DNA of 64,000 nucleotides from Candidatus Sericytochromatia bacterium. GTDB lineage: Bacteria; Cyanobacteriota; Sericytochromatia; S15B-MN24; JAQBPE01. The position numbers and the translations under genes were made by a program. The DNA is taken from the NCBI GenBank assembly GCA_035285125.1, contig JAYKHR010000174.1, positions 31,775-95,774 on the forward strand, read 5' to 3'. Below are positions 1 through 8,521 of the stretch, piece after piece (position 1 is the first letter of the stretch; each line of letters opens with the position of its first letter). The notes under the pieces are model-generated. The model saw only the letters and a program-made list of their open reading frames with translations, was not told the origin of the DNA and made no database searches.

Positions 1-228
1 GCCGTCATGCCCGGCGACCTGATGCGCGGGGTGAAGATGGTTGGGGTGGTGGACGAGGCTGGTGCGTTCCAGGCCGGCAAGCGCGTCGCGGCAGAGGCCT
101 GGAACATCGGCACCCTGCGCAAGGCTGCCATCCGGACCTATGACTGGTGCCTGTCCCGCGTGCCGGCCCTCTGGCGCCTGGTCGACCAGTACCAGGCCGC
201 GGCCCTGCGCGGCTTGCGTCGGGTCTGA
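1..228 (+). CDS. Hypothetical protein, C-terminal fragment (runs in from the window edge)
   Basis: Open frame from position 1 to TGA at 226-228 with GC3-biased codons; no recognisable motif. Confidence 0.55.
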   Translation, partial: AVMPGDLMRGVKMVGVVDEAGAFQAGKRVAAEAWNIGTLRKAAIRTYDWCLSRVPALWRLVDQYQAAALRGLRRV

Positions 229-288
229 GGCGCCGGGCGCGTGCCGCGACGATCGGGGGACAGCCAGCCGCCGCGGCCCCACGCCGCG

Positions 289-975
289 ATGCCCGAGGAT
301 CTCCCCTTGCCTATCCGTCACCTGGATGCCGACCTCGTGGTCGTGGCCAAGCCGGGCGGGATGGCCACCCACCCGGGCCCCGGCTGGTGGCGGGGGAGCG
401 CCGTCAATGCCTTGCTGCATCACATCCCGGACTGGCCCGGGGTCGGAGGCGTGGCGGGGCCCGGCATCGTCCACCGGCTCGATCGCGACACCAGCGGCCT
501 GCTGGCGTTCGCGCGCTCAGACCGCGCCCACCGGCCCCTGCTGGAGGCCGTTGCGGCCCGCCTTTTCGAGCGCGTCTACCTGGCGTGGGTGGAGGGCGAC
601 GTCCTGGCTCCGGGCCTTGTCGACGCCCCGCTGGGCCGCGCGGACGACGTGCCCCAGAACGTGGTCGTCCGCCCCGACGGCAAGGTCGCCCTGACGCGTT
701 ACGAGCCCGTGGCCCGCGCTGCCGGCCAGACCCTGCTGCGGGTGCGGCCCGAGACCGGTCGGACCCATCAGATCCGGGTGCACCTCGCGCACCTCGGCCA
801 CCCCGTCGTTGGCGACGAGCGCTACGGGACCCCGGGGGAGGTGTTGTTCCTGCACGCGTGGCACCTTGCCTTCGCGCACCCGGTCACCGGAGCGGCCCTG
901 GCCTGGACCGAGCCACCTCCTGACGCCTGGCAGGCTAGCACCCGGCTGCCCCGCGACCTCTCGCCCCTGGGCTGA
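289..975 (+). CDS. RluA/RluD-family RNA pseudouridine synthase (no S4 domain)
   Basis: Motifs VAKPGGMATHP, catalytic HRLDRDTSG, ETGRTHQIRVH, HPVVGDERYG and LHAWHL. Start at ATG 289 (GTG 241 is the alternative). Confidence 0.93.
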   Translation: MPEDLPLPIRHLDADLVVVAKPGGMATHPGPGWWRGSAVNALLHHIPDWPGVGGVAGPGIVHRLDRDTSGLLAFARSDRAHRPLLEAVAARLFERVYLAWVEGDVLAPGLVDAPLGRADDVPQNVVVRPDGKVALTRYEPVARAAGQTLLRVRPETGRTHQIRVHLAHLGHPVVGDERYGTPGEVLFLHAWHLAFAHPVTGAALAWTEPPPDAWQASTRLPRDLSPLG

Positions 976-1111
976 CCGGGGGGCCAGGCAACGCTGGCCA
1001 GTTCACACGAGGCCCAACCCCGGCTCCGTCTGTGATGGTGACGCCTGACGAGGCGAGGTGCCCCAGCGTGGGTCACGCCTCGGTGCGACGCCTCAGGAGG
1101 GAGAGTTACAG

Positions 1112-1771
1112 ATGATGAAGCACATGCTGGTGGGCCTGGTGGCCTGCCTCTCCGTTGCCGGTTGCGGGGTGCCTGCCGCGCACACGGGGCCCGATCGGGC
1201 TCCGGTCGAGGAGCTGGCCTGGGAGGGCCTCGCCCAGGCTGCCTCCGGCGTGAGGCTCGCCCGGATCGCGATGTACGGGCCCGGCGGCTTGCGGCTGCTC
1301 CAGGTGGGGCCCCTCGTGGCCTTCACCCCGGCGGACATCGGCTCCGTCCAGTTGACGCTGCTGCGAGACACGGGCGGGGTGCCGGGCCCCGGCGGCACGA
1401 ACTACACGGAGGTGGCCCGCAACATCCGCAACAACACCGCGCTGACGCCCTACACCAACACCGTCTCCATTGGCAACCTGAAGCTGGGCGCCACCTACGT
1501 CATCCGCTCGGAGGCGTTCACCGGGGCGAACGCCACGGGGGAGCAAATCGACACGATGGTGGCCTCCGACAACACCTGCCTGCCGTTCACGGCCCCGGGG
1601 TTGCAGGCCGTCGGGGGGGTGAACCAGGTCGACACCACGCCCCAGGTCATCAGCCTGCCGCTCGTCCTCAAGAACAAGGTGTTCTCCGGCCAGGCGACGG
1701 ATGCCGACGGCCTCGCCGTCACGAACGGCACCATCGAGAACACCTCGGCGGCAGAGACGATCTCGCCCTGA
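1112..1771 (+). CDS. Putative lipoprotein, beta-rich/FN3-like
   Basis: AGGAGG RBS at 1095-1100; MMKHMLVGLVACLSVAG-C lipobox; Thr/Asn-rich with the motif IGNLKLGATY. Confidence 0.75.
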   Translation: MMKHMLVGLVACLSVAGCGVPAAHTGPDRAPVEELAWEGLAQAASGVRLARIAMYGPGGLRLLQVGPLVAFTPADIGSVQLTLLRDTGGVPGPGGTNYTEVARNIRNNTALTPYTNTVSIGNLKLGATYVIRSEAFTGANATGEQIDTMVASDNTCLPFTAPGLQAVGGVNQVDTTPQVISLPLVLKNKVFSGQATDADGLAVTNGTIENTSAAETISP

Positions 1772-1835
1772 TCTTGGTGGTTCCGTGCGCGCAGCCAGCT
1801 TCGCCAGCCCCCTTCAGCAACGGATGTGTCTCGAC

Positions 1836-2750
1836 GTGGTTAATAGCGTCCAACAGCCTCAGCCTCCAGCGGGTGGCGCCCGTGGCAGGCCGCAAGGCCC
1901 CACGCCACGGACCGCCGCCCGGGGCCGGACGAAAGGCGCCGCGCGCCTGGGGGCGCTTCTGGCCGCCGGCTTGCTCGCCGCCGCTGGCTGCGGGGCCCCG
2001 GGTCCCGGCACCCTCGTGGTGCCGGGAGCCCGGGCCCCCCGGGGCCTGCACCTCGTCGCCCGCGTGGAGCGGCCCGATGCCCGAGGCCTGCTGGCGCTCC
2101 TGACCGAGAACCGGCGCCGCCTCCACCATGTGAACCTGAGCCTGTTCAGGCAGGCCAGTGACGGCACCTGGCCCGCGGTGCCCGAGGCCACCCGCGTGGG
2201 GGTGCCCGCCGCCTCGCTCGGCAACCCGATCGCCCTCGGGGCGCTGCGGTTTGGCACCACCTATAAGTTGACCCTGGCGGCCTATGCCGACGCCAGCGAG
2301 AGCCTGGCCACGCTGGTGAGCGATGCCGCGCTCAGCCAGCTTACCTTCACCACGCCGGCGCCTCGGCTTGTCGGGTCGGCGCTCACGGTGGAGCGCGAGC
2401 TGGCCCTCACCGTGCCGCTCGTGCTGCTCAACACCCCCTACGCCGGCCGCGCGACCTACTCGCTCGCCGTGCTCAACCCGCAGGTGACGCACGTAAGGCT
2501 GGAACTCACCACGCCATCCGGCTCGGTGGCCTCGCGCCTCTACCCACGCGGCTCGACGCCCGCGACGGGCTTGCTCGACAACCTCAAGCTGGGCTCGACG
2601 TATACGCTGCGGGCGACGGGGCTGAAGGGCTCGGCCACCACGGGCGACGTCCTCGCCTCGGCCGCCGCGACCGTCACCATGCCGCTGGTCGCCCCGGACG
2701 GCACCGTCGAGACCGGCCCCTTCGGCCCCCTGTCGCTGACGCTGAACTGA
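1836..2750 (+). CDS. Putative lipoprotein, paralogue of 1112-1771 with two FN3-like repeats
   Basis: LLAAGLLAAAG-C lipobox; repeats LGALRFGTTY and LDNLKLGSTY; PLVLLNTPYAGRAT matches PLVLKNKVFSGQAT of the upstream gene. Start uncertain. Confidence 0.7.
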   Translation: MVNSVQQPQPPAGGARGRPQGPTPRTAARGRTKGAARLGALLAAGLLAAAGCGAPGPGTLVVPGARAPRGLHLVARVERPDARGLLALLTENRRRLHHVNLSLFRQASDGTWPAVPEATRVGVPAASLGNPIALGALRFGTTYKLTLAAYADASESLATLVSDAALSQLTFTTPAPRLVGSALTVERELALTVPLVLLNTPYAGRATYSLAVLNPQVTHVRLELTTPSGSVASRLYPRGSTPATGLLDNLKLGSTYTLRATGLKGSATTGDVLASAAATVTMPLVAPDGTVETGPFGPLSLTLN

Positions 2751-2775
2751 CGGAGGCCTGCGTCGCCCCGCCATG

Positions 2776-3612
2776 TCACCCGACGTGGGCGCCCTCGATC
2801 ACCACCACCGTCACGTACCACTCGGGCTCGAAGGCAGCCAAGGGGTGGCGGTACAGCTCCGACCAGCGGACCGTCAGGCCCCGCTGAGCCAGCAGCGCGT
2901 GCTGGAAGTCCCGCTCCTTGGCCCCCTGGTTGGCGATGAACAGCACGCCGCCCGGCCGCAGCAGCCTCACGACGTGGGCCAGCAGCGCCTCTGGGCGCAG
3001 CAGCTTGCGCGGCAGCCCCCACTGGCGGTGATCCGACATGAACAGGAATGGGAAGAACAGCAATGCCACGTCCACGGGCCGATCGTAGGCCAGCCCGTCC
3101 ATTCCGTGGTAGGTGACGCCCGGCAGGCCCCCGATGTAGGCCTCGGCCCAGTCAGCCCGGGAGCGAAGGTCGAGGTAGAGCCGCCAGGCGTCGAGCTCCA
3201 CCCCGTCGAGGGAGACACTGCGCGGCTGGTTCGTGCGCCAGCGCTGCAGGAAGGCGTGTGCCGTCCGGACGTAGAACCAGTCGCAGGGGCCGACGTCCAC
3301 CGCCGACAGGTTCGGCGGCAGCTGGACGCCGGCAGCCGTGAAGGCCCGCTCCAGCATGTGCAGGTAGATCAAAGAACACTCGAAGGCGCCGCGGCCGGAG
3401 GCCTCAGCCCAGGCTTCGAGCCCGTACTCGGTGACGAGGCGGTCCGCCTCCGGCTGGCCTTCCGGATCGAACAGGCCGGCCTTCGGCTCGCCGGGCAGCC
3501 GGGGCGTGCCCCGTCGCCAGCGGATCTTGGACCTGACGGGGAAGTCCACCTCCACGACGCCGAAGCGCTGCAGGGCCCAGAGCCCGCCGAGGGGGAGTAG
3601 CCACTCGAGCAC
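2776..3612 (-). CDS. Class I SAM-dependent methyltransferase-like protein
   Basis: AVDVGPCDW (motif I-like), LDGVELD (motif II-like), DVALLFFPF, LLRPGGVLFIANQG. Confidence 0.6.
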   Translation of the reverse strand: MLEWLLPLGGLWALQRFGVVEVDFPVRSKIRWRRGTPRLPGEPKAGLFDPEGQPEADRLVTEYGLEAWAEASGRGAFECSLIYLHMLERAFTAAGVQLPPNLSAVDVGPCDWFYVRTAHAFLQRWRTNQPRSVSLDGVELDAWRLYLDLRSRADWAEAYIGGLPGVTYHGMDGLAYDRPVDVALLFFPFLFMSDHRQWGLPRKLLRPEALLAHVVRLLRPGGVLFIANQGAKERDFQHALLAQRGLTVRWSELYRHPLAAFEPEWYVTVVVIEGAHVG

Positions 3613-3618
3613 GTGGCG

Positions 3619-4488
3619 TCAGCGGCGCGGTGGCTGCGGCCTGGCAGGCGGCTGGGGCTTCCCCGGGGCGGCTCCCAGGCCAGGCTTGGCGGTCGGCGGC
3701 GGCGGGTTGAGGTAGCGCGAGACGATGGCGAAGATGACCTCGAGCTCTCGCCTGTCGCCCGGCACGATGACGCGCGGCTCCCCCGTGTCCACCTCCAGCA
3801 GCATCCCGTCGGCGAACACCGTGACACCCAGAAGCTTTTCGTACTTCAGCCGGAACGCATGCTGGCCCGAGTTGAACATCAGCCTGCGGTTGGTGACGGT
3901 CAGGGTGCCAGCCACGGCCTCTCCGAGTTCGGACTCCGCCAGGGGGTTCAGCCGCCCCGACCCCATCCTGTAAGGGGTCCCGGCCTTGATCACCTGTCCA
4001 ATGCCGGGCGAGAGGAGGCGCGTGTCCTTGCGGACGGCGTGGAACGTGGCCGTCATGGACATGTGGGTCTGCTCCCCGGTCTCCAGGCCCAGCCCGGGCA
4101 CCTCGTCCAGCGGCAGGTTGCCCCGGTGGATCTCGTAGAGCACCCGCATCTTGGCGAGCGTGTGCTGGTTCTGCGAGAGGGCCTTGCCATCCACCTCGAG
4201 ATAGGCCGCGATCTTCTCGAGGTCCCGTTCCTCTTTGGGGGTGAACAGCCCGTCGGACTTCACCGCAGCCAGGGCCCGCTGGAAGGCCTTCATGCGAAGG
4301 GGCGCCACGTCGTCGTCCTTGAGCTTGAGCTGCTTGCGCAGCGTGTCGAGCTCGTCGATCTCGGCCTGCGTGAGCACGCCGTCTGCCATGGCCTCCATCA
4401 GCACCTTCTCGTACGAGGCCTTGCGTTCTTGCAACGTGCCTTGGGGCTGCAGGCCGATCTTCTGCGCCAGCGTGTCGATAATGCCCAT
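3619..4488 (-). CDS. TerB-like helical repeats plus bacterial PH-like domain protein
   Basis: Two TerB-like repeats (AMADGVLTQAE, VKSDGLFTPKEE); GTLTVTNRRLMF is typical of bacterial PH-like domains; Pro-rich tail. Confidence 0.6.
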   Translation of the reverse strand: MGIIDTLAQKIGLQPQGTLQERKASYEKVLMEAMADGVLTQAEIDELDTLRKQLKLKDDDVAPLRMKAFQRALAAVKSDGLFTPKEERDLEKIAAYLEVDGKALSQNQHTLAKMRVLYEIHRGNLPLDEVPGLGLETGEQTHMSMTATFHAVRKDTRLLSPGIGQVIKAGTPYRMGSGRLNPLAESELGEAVAGTLTVTNRRLMFNSGQHAFRLKYEKLLGVTVFADGMLLEVDTGEPRVIVPGDRRELEVIFAIVSRYLNPPPPTAKPGLGAAPGKPQPPARPQPPRR

Positions 4489-4687
4489 GGGCGTAGAGCT
4501 CCAACTCGGGGGTGCCGTCCATCCATATACCCGTACTCAAGGCGGCTTTCGGGGGCGCGTCGATCGCGCGGGGCATTGGCCGGTCATTGAAAGGTTCGGT
4601 GGTTCTCGGTCGGATCCCCGATTACGAGACCGCCTTCGTCGGTATAGTGAAGGCAGGGTCTGTGCTCCGACCGGAGGGGTGGTGACA

Positions 4688-5551
4688 ATGGCAACGATCG
4701 GTGGCGGCTCCACGGAGCCTGGGCGTGCTGTCCAAGGCCCCCAAGCGGCCCTGCCCGCGGCCGACCCCCGGCGGGACGCGGCCCCGGTGCGGCCCGCCCT
4801 GACGGGTGACAGCCTCAAGCTGAGCGGCCAGGCCCCCGCGGCGGGCGAGTCCTCCACGGGGCAACGGATCGACCACCTGGCCCACTCCACCCACACCCCC
4901 CATGGCCTGATGCACACCGTCGAGGCCGGTGAGCGGGCTGTCCATGCCGCTGGACGCCTGGCCCGGCAGGCTGGCCGCGTCGCCTCGACCGCGTCCGAGG
5001 CGGCCGGGGAGGCCCACCATCTGGCCGAGGCCCACGGCCACGCGGGCATCTTTGCCCGCCTCGAAGCCGCCGGCTCCCGTGCGGCGGGCTGGTTGGGAGG
5101 CGTGGTCGGAGGCGGCATCAGGGCCCTGCCTGGAGGGGCCCGAGCGCTCGAGGCAGCAGGGTCCGCCACCGCGGCCGTGGGGCGGGCGGCGGAGGGACTG
5201 GTGGCCGGCACCCGGTTGGCGGGGGCTGGCGGTCGCCTCACCGCAGCGATGGGGGGGCGACTCCCCGTGATAGGCGCGGCGCTCGGCGGCGTCATCGCCG
5301 TCGCAGATGTGCGGGGTGCCTTGCGCATCATCGATGATCCGGCCTCGCGCCCCCGAGACCGGGTCGTGGCAGCGGGGCAGGCGGGCCTCTCGGTGGTGAG
5401 CGGCGTGACGGGCGTCGGGGCGTTGGCAGCGGCTGGCGCTGTGGCCCTCGGGCTGACGGCGCCGGTGTCCGTGCCGCTGTTGCTCGGGGCCTCTGCGATC
5501 ACTGGGCTCGGGGCCTTCGCCGCGTCCTTTCTGCTGCCGGCTCACAGTTGA
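4688..5551 (+). CDS. Hypothetical Ala/Gly-rich protein with hydrophobic C-terminal hairpin
   Basis: GGAGG RBS before ATG 4688; disordered N-terminus with DSLKLS; His-rich patch; C-terminal hydrophobic helices. Confidence 0.7.
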   Translation: MATIGGGSTEPGRAVQGPQAALPAADPRRDAAPVRPALTGDSLKLSGQAPAAGESSTGQRIDHLAHSTHTPHGLMHTVEAGERAVHAAGRLARQAGRVASTASEAAGEAHHLAEAHGHAGIFARLEAAGSRAAGWLGGVVGGGIRALPGGARALEAAGSATAAVGRAAEGLVAGTRLAGAGGRLTAAMGGRLPVIGAALGGVIAVADVRGALRIIDDPASRPRDRVVAAGQAGLSVVSGVTGVGALAAAGAVALGLTAPVSVPLLLGASAITGLGAFAASFLLPAHS

Positions 5552-5578
5552 GGGCCTTGGCCGGCTACGCGCCGGGCC

Positions 5579-6547
5579 TCAGACGCGCAGGGCCTCGGGG
5601 CTGATGGCCCGCCAACGCGTCCGGCTGCGGGCCAGGTGGACGATCAACCGGGCAACGGTGGCGTTCACGGGCGCTCGGAGTCCGTGGCGTCGCGCCAGCC
5701 TGTCGACAGCGGCGTTGAGGTAGCTCATCTCCGTCAGGGCCCCCCGCCGCAGGTCCTGGAGCATGGCGTTCCAGTTTTCCCGCGTGTTGTGGAGGGCCGT
5801 GTAGACGCGCTCGACGTCGGGGGGGCCCAGCACGACGCCCTCGGCCGCCGCGACCGGGACGGCCTCGGCCAGCACGTCCTCAATGACCTCTCGCAGCTCA
5901 GGCGACTCGAGGATGGCGCCGTTGCGCTCGTCAAGGATGGCGCAAACCCCGCTCACGGCCAGGTTCAGCAGGGCCTTTCGCCACTCGACCTCGGCCACGC
6001 TGCCGCCGTGCCGGGCGCGCAAGTTGGCCGCATTGAGCAGCTCCAGCCAGCTTTGGAGTCCGCCGACGGGGCGGTCGGCCTCCTCGCCGAGCTCGAACAG
6101 CGGGGCGCCCGCCACCACAGCCTCCCGGCCCGCCTCCAGCGTCACGCCGACCCAGCACGTGAGCCGCACGAGGCTGGCCGTGGGCATGTAGGCGCGCACG
6201 AACTTGTGCACCCCGAGCCCGTTCTGCACCAGCGCCACCCGCTGCTCGGCGTGCAGGGCCGCAGCGAGGGGGGCCACCAGCTTCTCGAGGTCCGTGGCCT
6301 TGGTCGCAATGATGACGAGGGCCTCCGGCGGCACCTGCAGCCCGTTCGCGAGGGTGACCACGGGAAGCCTGTAGGTGCCGGTGTCCGCTCCCGTGAGCAC
6401 GAAGCCGTGGTCGCGCAGCACGTCCGCGCGGGGGCCGCGGGCCACCAGCGTCACGTGGGTGACGTGGCTCAGGTGGGCGGCGAGGTAGAGGCCGATGGCC
6501 CCGGCGCCGATGATCCAGACGGGCGGGTGGGCAGGCACGACAGACAT
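5579..6547 (-). CDS. panE: 2-dehydropantoate 2-reductase (ketopantoate reductase)
   Basis: IIGAGAIG Rossmann motif, ATKA, LVQNGLG, WRKALLN, MLQDLRRG..TE...LN. Confidence 0.85.
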   Translation of the reverse strand: MSVVPAHPPVWIIGAGAIGLYLAAHLSHVTHVTLVARGPRADVLRDHGFVLTGADTGTYRLPVVTLANGLQVPPEALVIIATKATDLEKLVAPLAAALHAEQRVALVQNGLGVHKFVRAYMPTASLVRLTCWVGVTLEAGREAVVAGAPLFELGEEADRPVGGLQSWLELLNAANLRARHGGSVAEVEWRKALLNLAVSGVCAILDERNGAILESPELREVIEDVLAEAVPVAAAEGVVLGPPDVERVYTALHNTRENWNAMLQDLRRGALTEMSYLNAAVDRLARRHGLRAPVNATVARLIVHLARSRTRWRAISPEALRV

Positions 6548-6606
6548 GGAGACGACCTCGGAAGCGGCGCTGCCATGATACCCCGCATCCGTGCGATGAT
6601 GTCCCG

Positions 6607-7650
6607 ATGGAACGTGGACCTTGGCTGTACGATCCGGGCCGCTGGCCCTGCCTGACGCACGACGAGCCCGGCACGGGCGGGCGGCTGCGGGAGGCCCTCG
6701 ACGACTTCGTCGTCGACGAGGTGCAGCGTGCCCCCGCCACCGGCGAGGGGACGCACGCGCTGGTGCAGATCCGCAAGACGGACCGGACGACGCAGCTGGT
6801 CCTCGATGACCTGAGGCGCGCTTTTGGCCTCGACCGCGACGCGATAGGCCACGCGGGCCTCAAGGACCGGCGGGCTGTCACCACGCAGTGGCTGAGCCTG
6901 CCCCTGGCGGCCTTGCCAGGCCCCGAGGCCTGGCCAGAGCTGCCTGGCGTGGAACTTCTCGCCCACGCCGTGCACGACCGCAAGCTGCACCCGGGCGACC
7001 TGGCTGAAAACCGTTTCAGCATCAGGGTGCGTGGCGCCCAGGGAGAGCACGCTCGGGCGGCTGCCCTCATGGAGGCGCTGCAGGCCCGGGGGGTGCCCAA
7101 TTACTTCGGACCTCAGCGCTTCGGCAAGCTGGGAGACAACGCCCGCGAGGGCCTCGCTTTCCTGCAGCGTGGCAAGAAACCGCGCCACTGGCTCGATGAG
7201 TTGCGGTCTCAGGCTGTCCAGAGCTGGATCTTCAACGATTGGGTGGCCCGCCGGCTCGCCGTCGCCACCTTCGACACGGTGCTCACGGGCGACGTGGCAG
7301 AGAAGCACGAGACGGGGGGCAAGTTCCTCGTCGGCGCGTCGGAGGTGGAGGCCCCCCGCGCGGCGCGCTTCGAGATCAGCGCCACGGGGCCCTTGCTGGG
7401 TCGCAAGTACCACGAGGCCGAGGGGCCTGCCCGGGAGGTCGAGGAGGCCGTGCTCGACGCCGTCGGGCTGGGGCGCGACCTCTTTCGGGTGCTTCCCGGC
7501 ACGCGGCGCACCATGCGGCTTCGGCCGCGGGACGTGGAGGTAGAAGCGGCCCCCGACGGCTACCGGGTGCGGTTCTCCCTGCCGCCTGGGGCCTACGCGA
7601 CCGCGGTCATGCGCGAGCTCATGAAGACGGGGGCTGAGGACGAAGCCTGA
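6607..7650 (+). CDS. truD: tRNA pseudouridine(13) synthase TruD
   Basis: DDFVVDE, AGLKDRRAVTTQWLS, NRFSIRVR, GVPNYFGPQRFG, FSLPPGAYATAVMREL. Confidence 0.93.
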   Translation: MERGPWLYDPGRWPCLTHDEPGTGGRLREALDDFVVDEVQRAPATGEGTHALVQIRKTDRTTQLVLDDLRRAFGLDRDAIGHAGLKDRRAVTTQWLSLPLAALPGPEAWPELPGVELLAHAVHDRKLHPGDLAENRFSIRVRGAQGEHARAAALMEALQARGVPNYFGPQRFGKLGDNAREGLAFLQRGKKPRHWLDELRSQAVQSWIFNDWVARRLAVATFDTVLTGDVAEKHETGGKFLVGASEVEAPRAARFEISATGPLLGRKYHEAEGPAREVEEAVLDAVGLGRDLFRVLPGTRRTMRLRPRDVEVEAAPDGYRVRFSLPPGAYATAVMRELMKTGAEDEA

Positions 7651-7698
7651 GCGCGTTCTCGGCGTGATCGGCGACGCGCGACAATTGTTTTGAGATTG

Positions 7699-7758
7699 TT
7701 AAAGGTTCTTCAAGTAAATATTGGAAGGGGGCGCGAAAGGCTGGCTGGCACGGATAAT
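7699..7758 (+). promoter_or_regulatory. AT-rich promoter region with TTAA-N7-TCAA site and GATAAT -10-like element
   Basis: TTAA 7699-7702, TCAA 7710-7713 and GATAAT 7753-7758, upstream of the 7784 ORF. Confidence 0.4.
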
Positions 7759-7783
7759 GGACATGTGTCGATGAGGTGTCCCG

Positions 7784-8482
7784 ATGCGCGTCAATTCGCA
7801 AAACCAGCCCACCCCCACGCCGCCCGTCGCGGCGCAGCCCGTCCCCCGGCCCTCAGCGCCGGCTGAACGGCCCACGATGGCGCCGGACACGGCGGCGCTC
7901 AGTGCCTCCACGACAGCGAAGGCGCCGCCGAGAAACGTCCTCGACGGCCCTGAGCGCTTGCCCGCCGACGTGGCGGCTGGCGTGGCTGGGGCCGCCGACG
8001 GCGCTCGCTCCCTCAGGCCCGCCGCCGAGGGCGTTCGGCTGGCCGCGCAAGGCGGCAAGCTTGCGCGCCTCGGGACGGTTGGGCGGGCCCTGGGCACCCT
8101 GGCAGAGCGGGCCCTGGTGCTGGGCGCTCGCGTGACCCAGGCCGCTCCCAGCCTGGCCAGGGTCGGCACCGGCTTGGCCCGGTTTGCACCTGCCGCCGGC
8201 CTCGTCGTTTCCGCCCTGGACGTCGGCAAGGCCGTGCTCGAGCAGGACCCCGCCAAGAAGACCCGGGCCACGGGCATGGCCGTGCTGAGCGTCGCCAGTG
8301 GCGTGGCTGGCGTGGTGGGGGCCGTGGCGGTGGGCGTCGCAGCGGCCCCCGCAGTTGCTGCGGTCGCCGCGGTGGTGGGCGTTGGTGCGGCAGTGGCCGC
8401 CATCTCGGACGAGTTCGTCCTGAACGGCAGGATCTCCAGGCCCATTGGCGAGGCCTGGAACTGGCTGACGGGCAAAGGCTAG
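7784..8482 (+). CDS. Hypothetical Ala/Gly/Val-rich protein with hydrophobic C-terminal hairpin (same family as 4688-5551)
   Basis: GAGGT RBS; Pro-rich N-terminus with DTAALS; ARFAPAAGLVVSALDV...DPAKK...LSVASG followed by a long hydrophobic segment. Confidence 0.7.
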   Translation: MRVNSQNQPTPTPPVAAQPVPRPSAPAERPTMAPDTAALSASTTAKAPPRNVLDGPERLPADVAAGVAGAADGARSLRPAAEGVRLAAQGGKLARLGTVGRALGTLAERALVLGARVTQAAPSLARVGTGLARFAPAAGLVVSALDVGKAVLEQDPAKKTRATGMAVLSVASGVAGVVGAVAVGVAAAPAVAAVAAVVGVGAAVAAISDEFVLNGRISRPIGEAWNWLTGKG

Positions 8483-8521
8483 GCTCTGATCCCGCAGGAG
8501 CCTCGCGGGTGCAGGACTTGT

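Noticed and set aside
4587..4660. TTAA-N7 box upstream of the 4688 ORF
   Set aside because: Only a weak half-site (TTAC at 4622) is present, so it is not counted as a motif instance.
289..7650. Two pseudouridine synthases within 7 kb as an RNA-modification island
   Set aside because: Different housekeeping families (RluA, TruD) separated by unrelated genes; no evidence of functional linkage.
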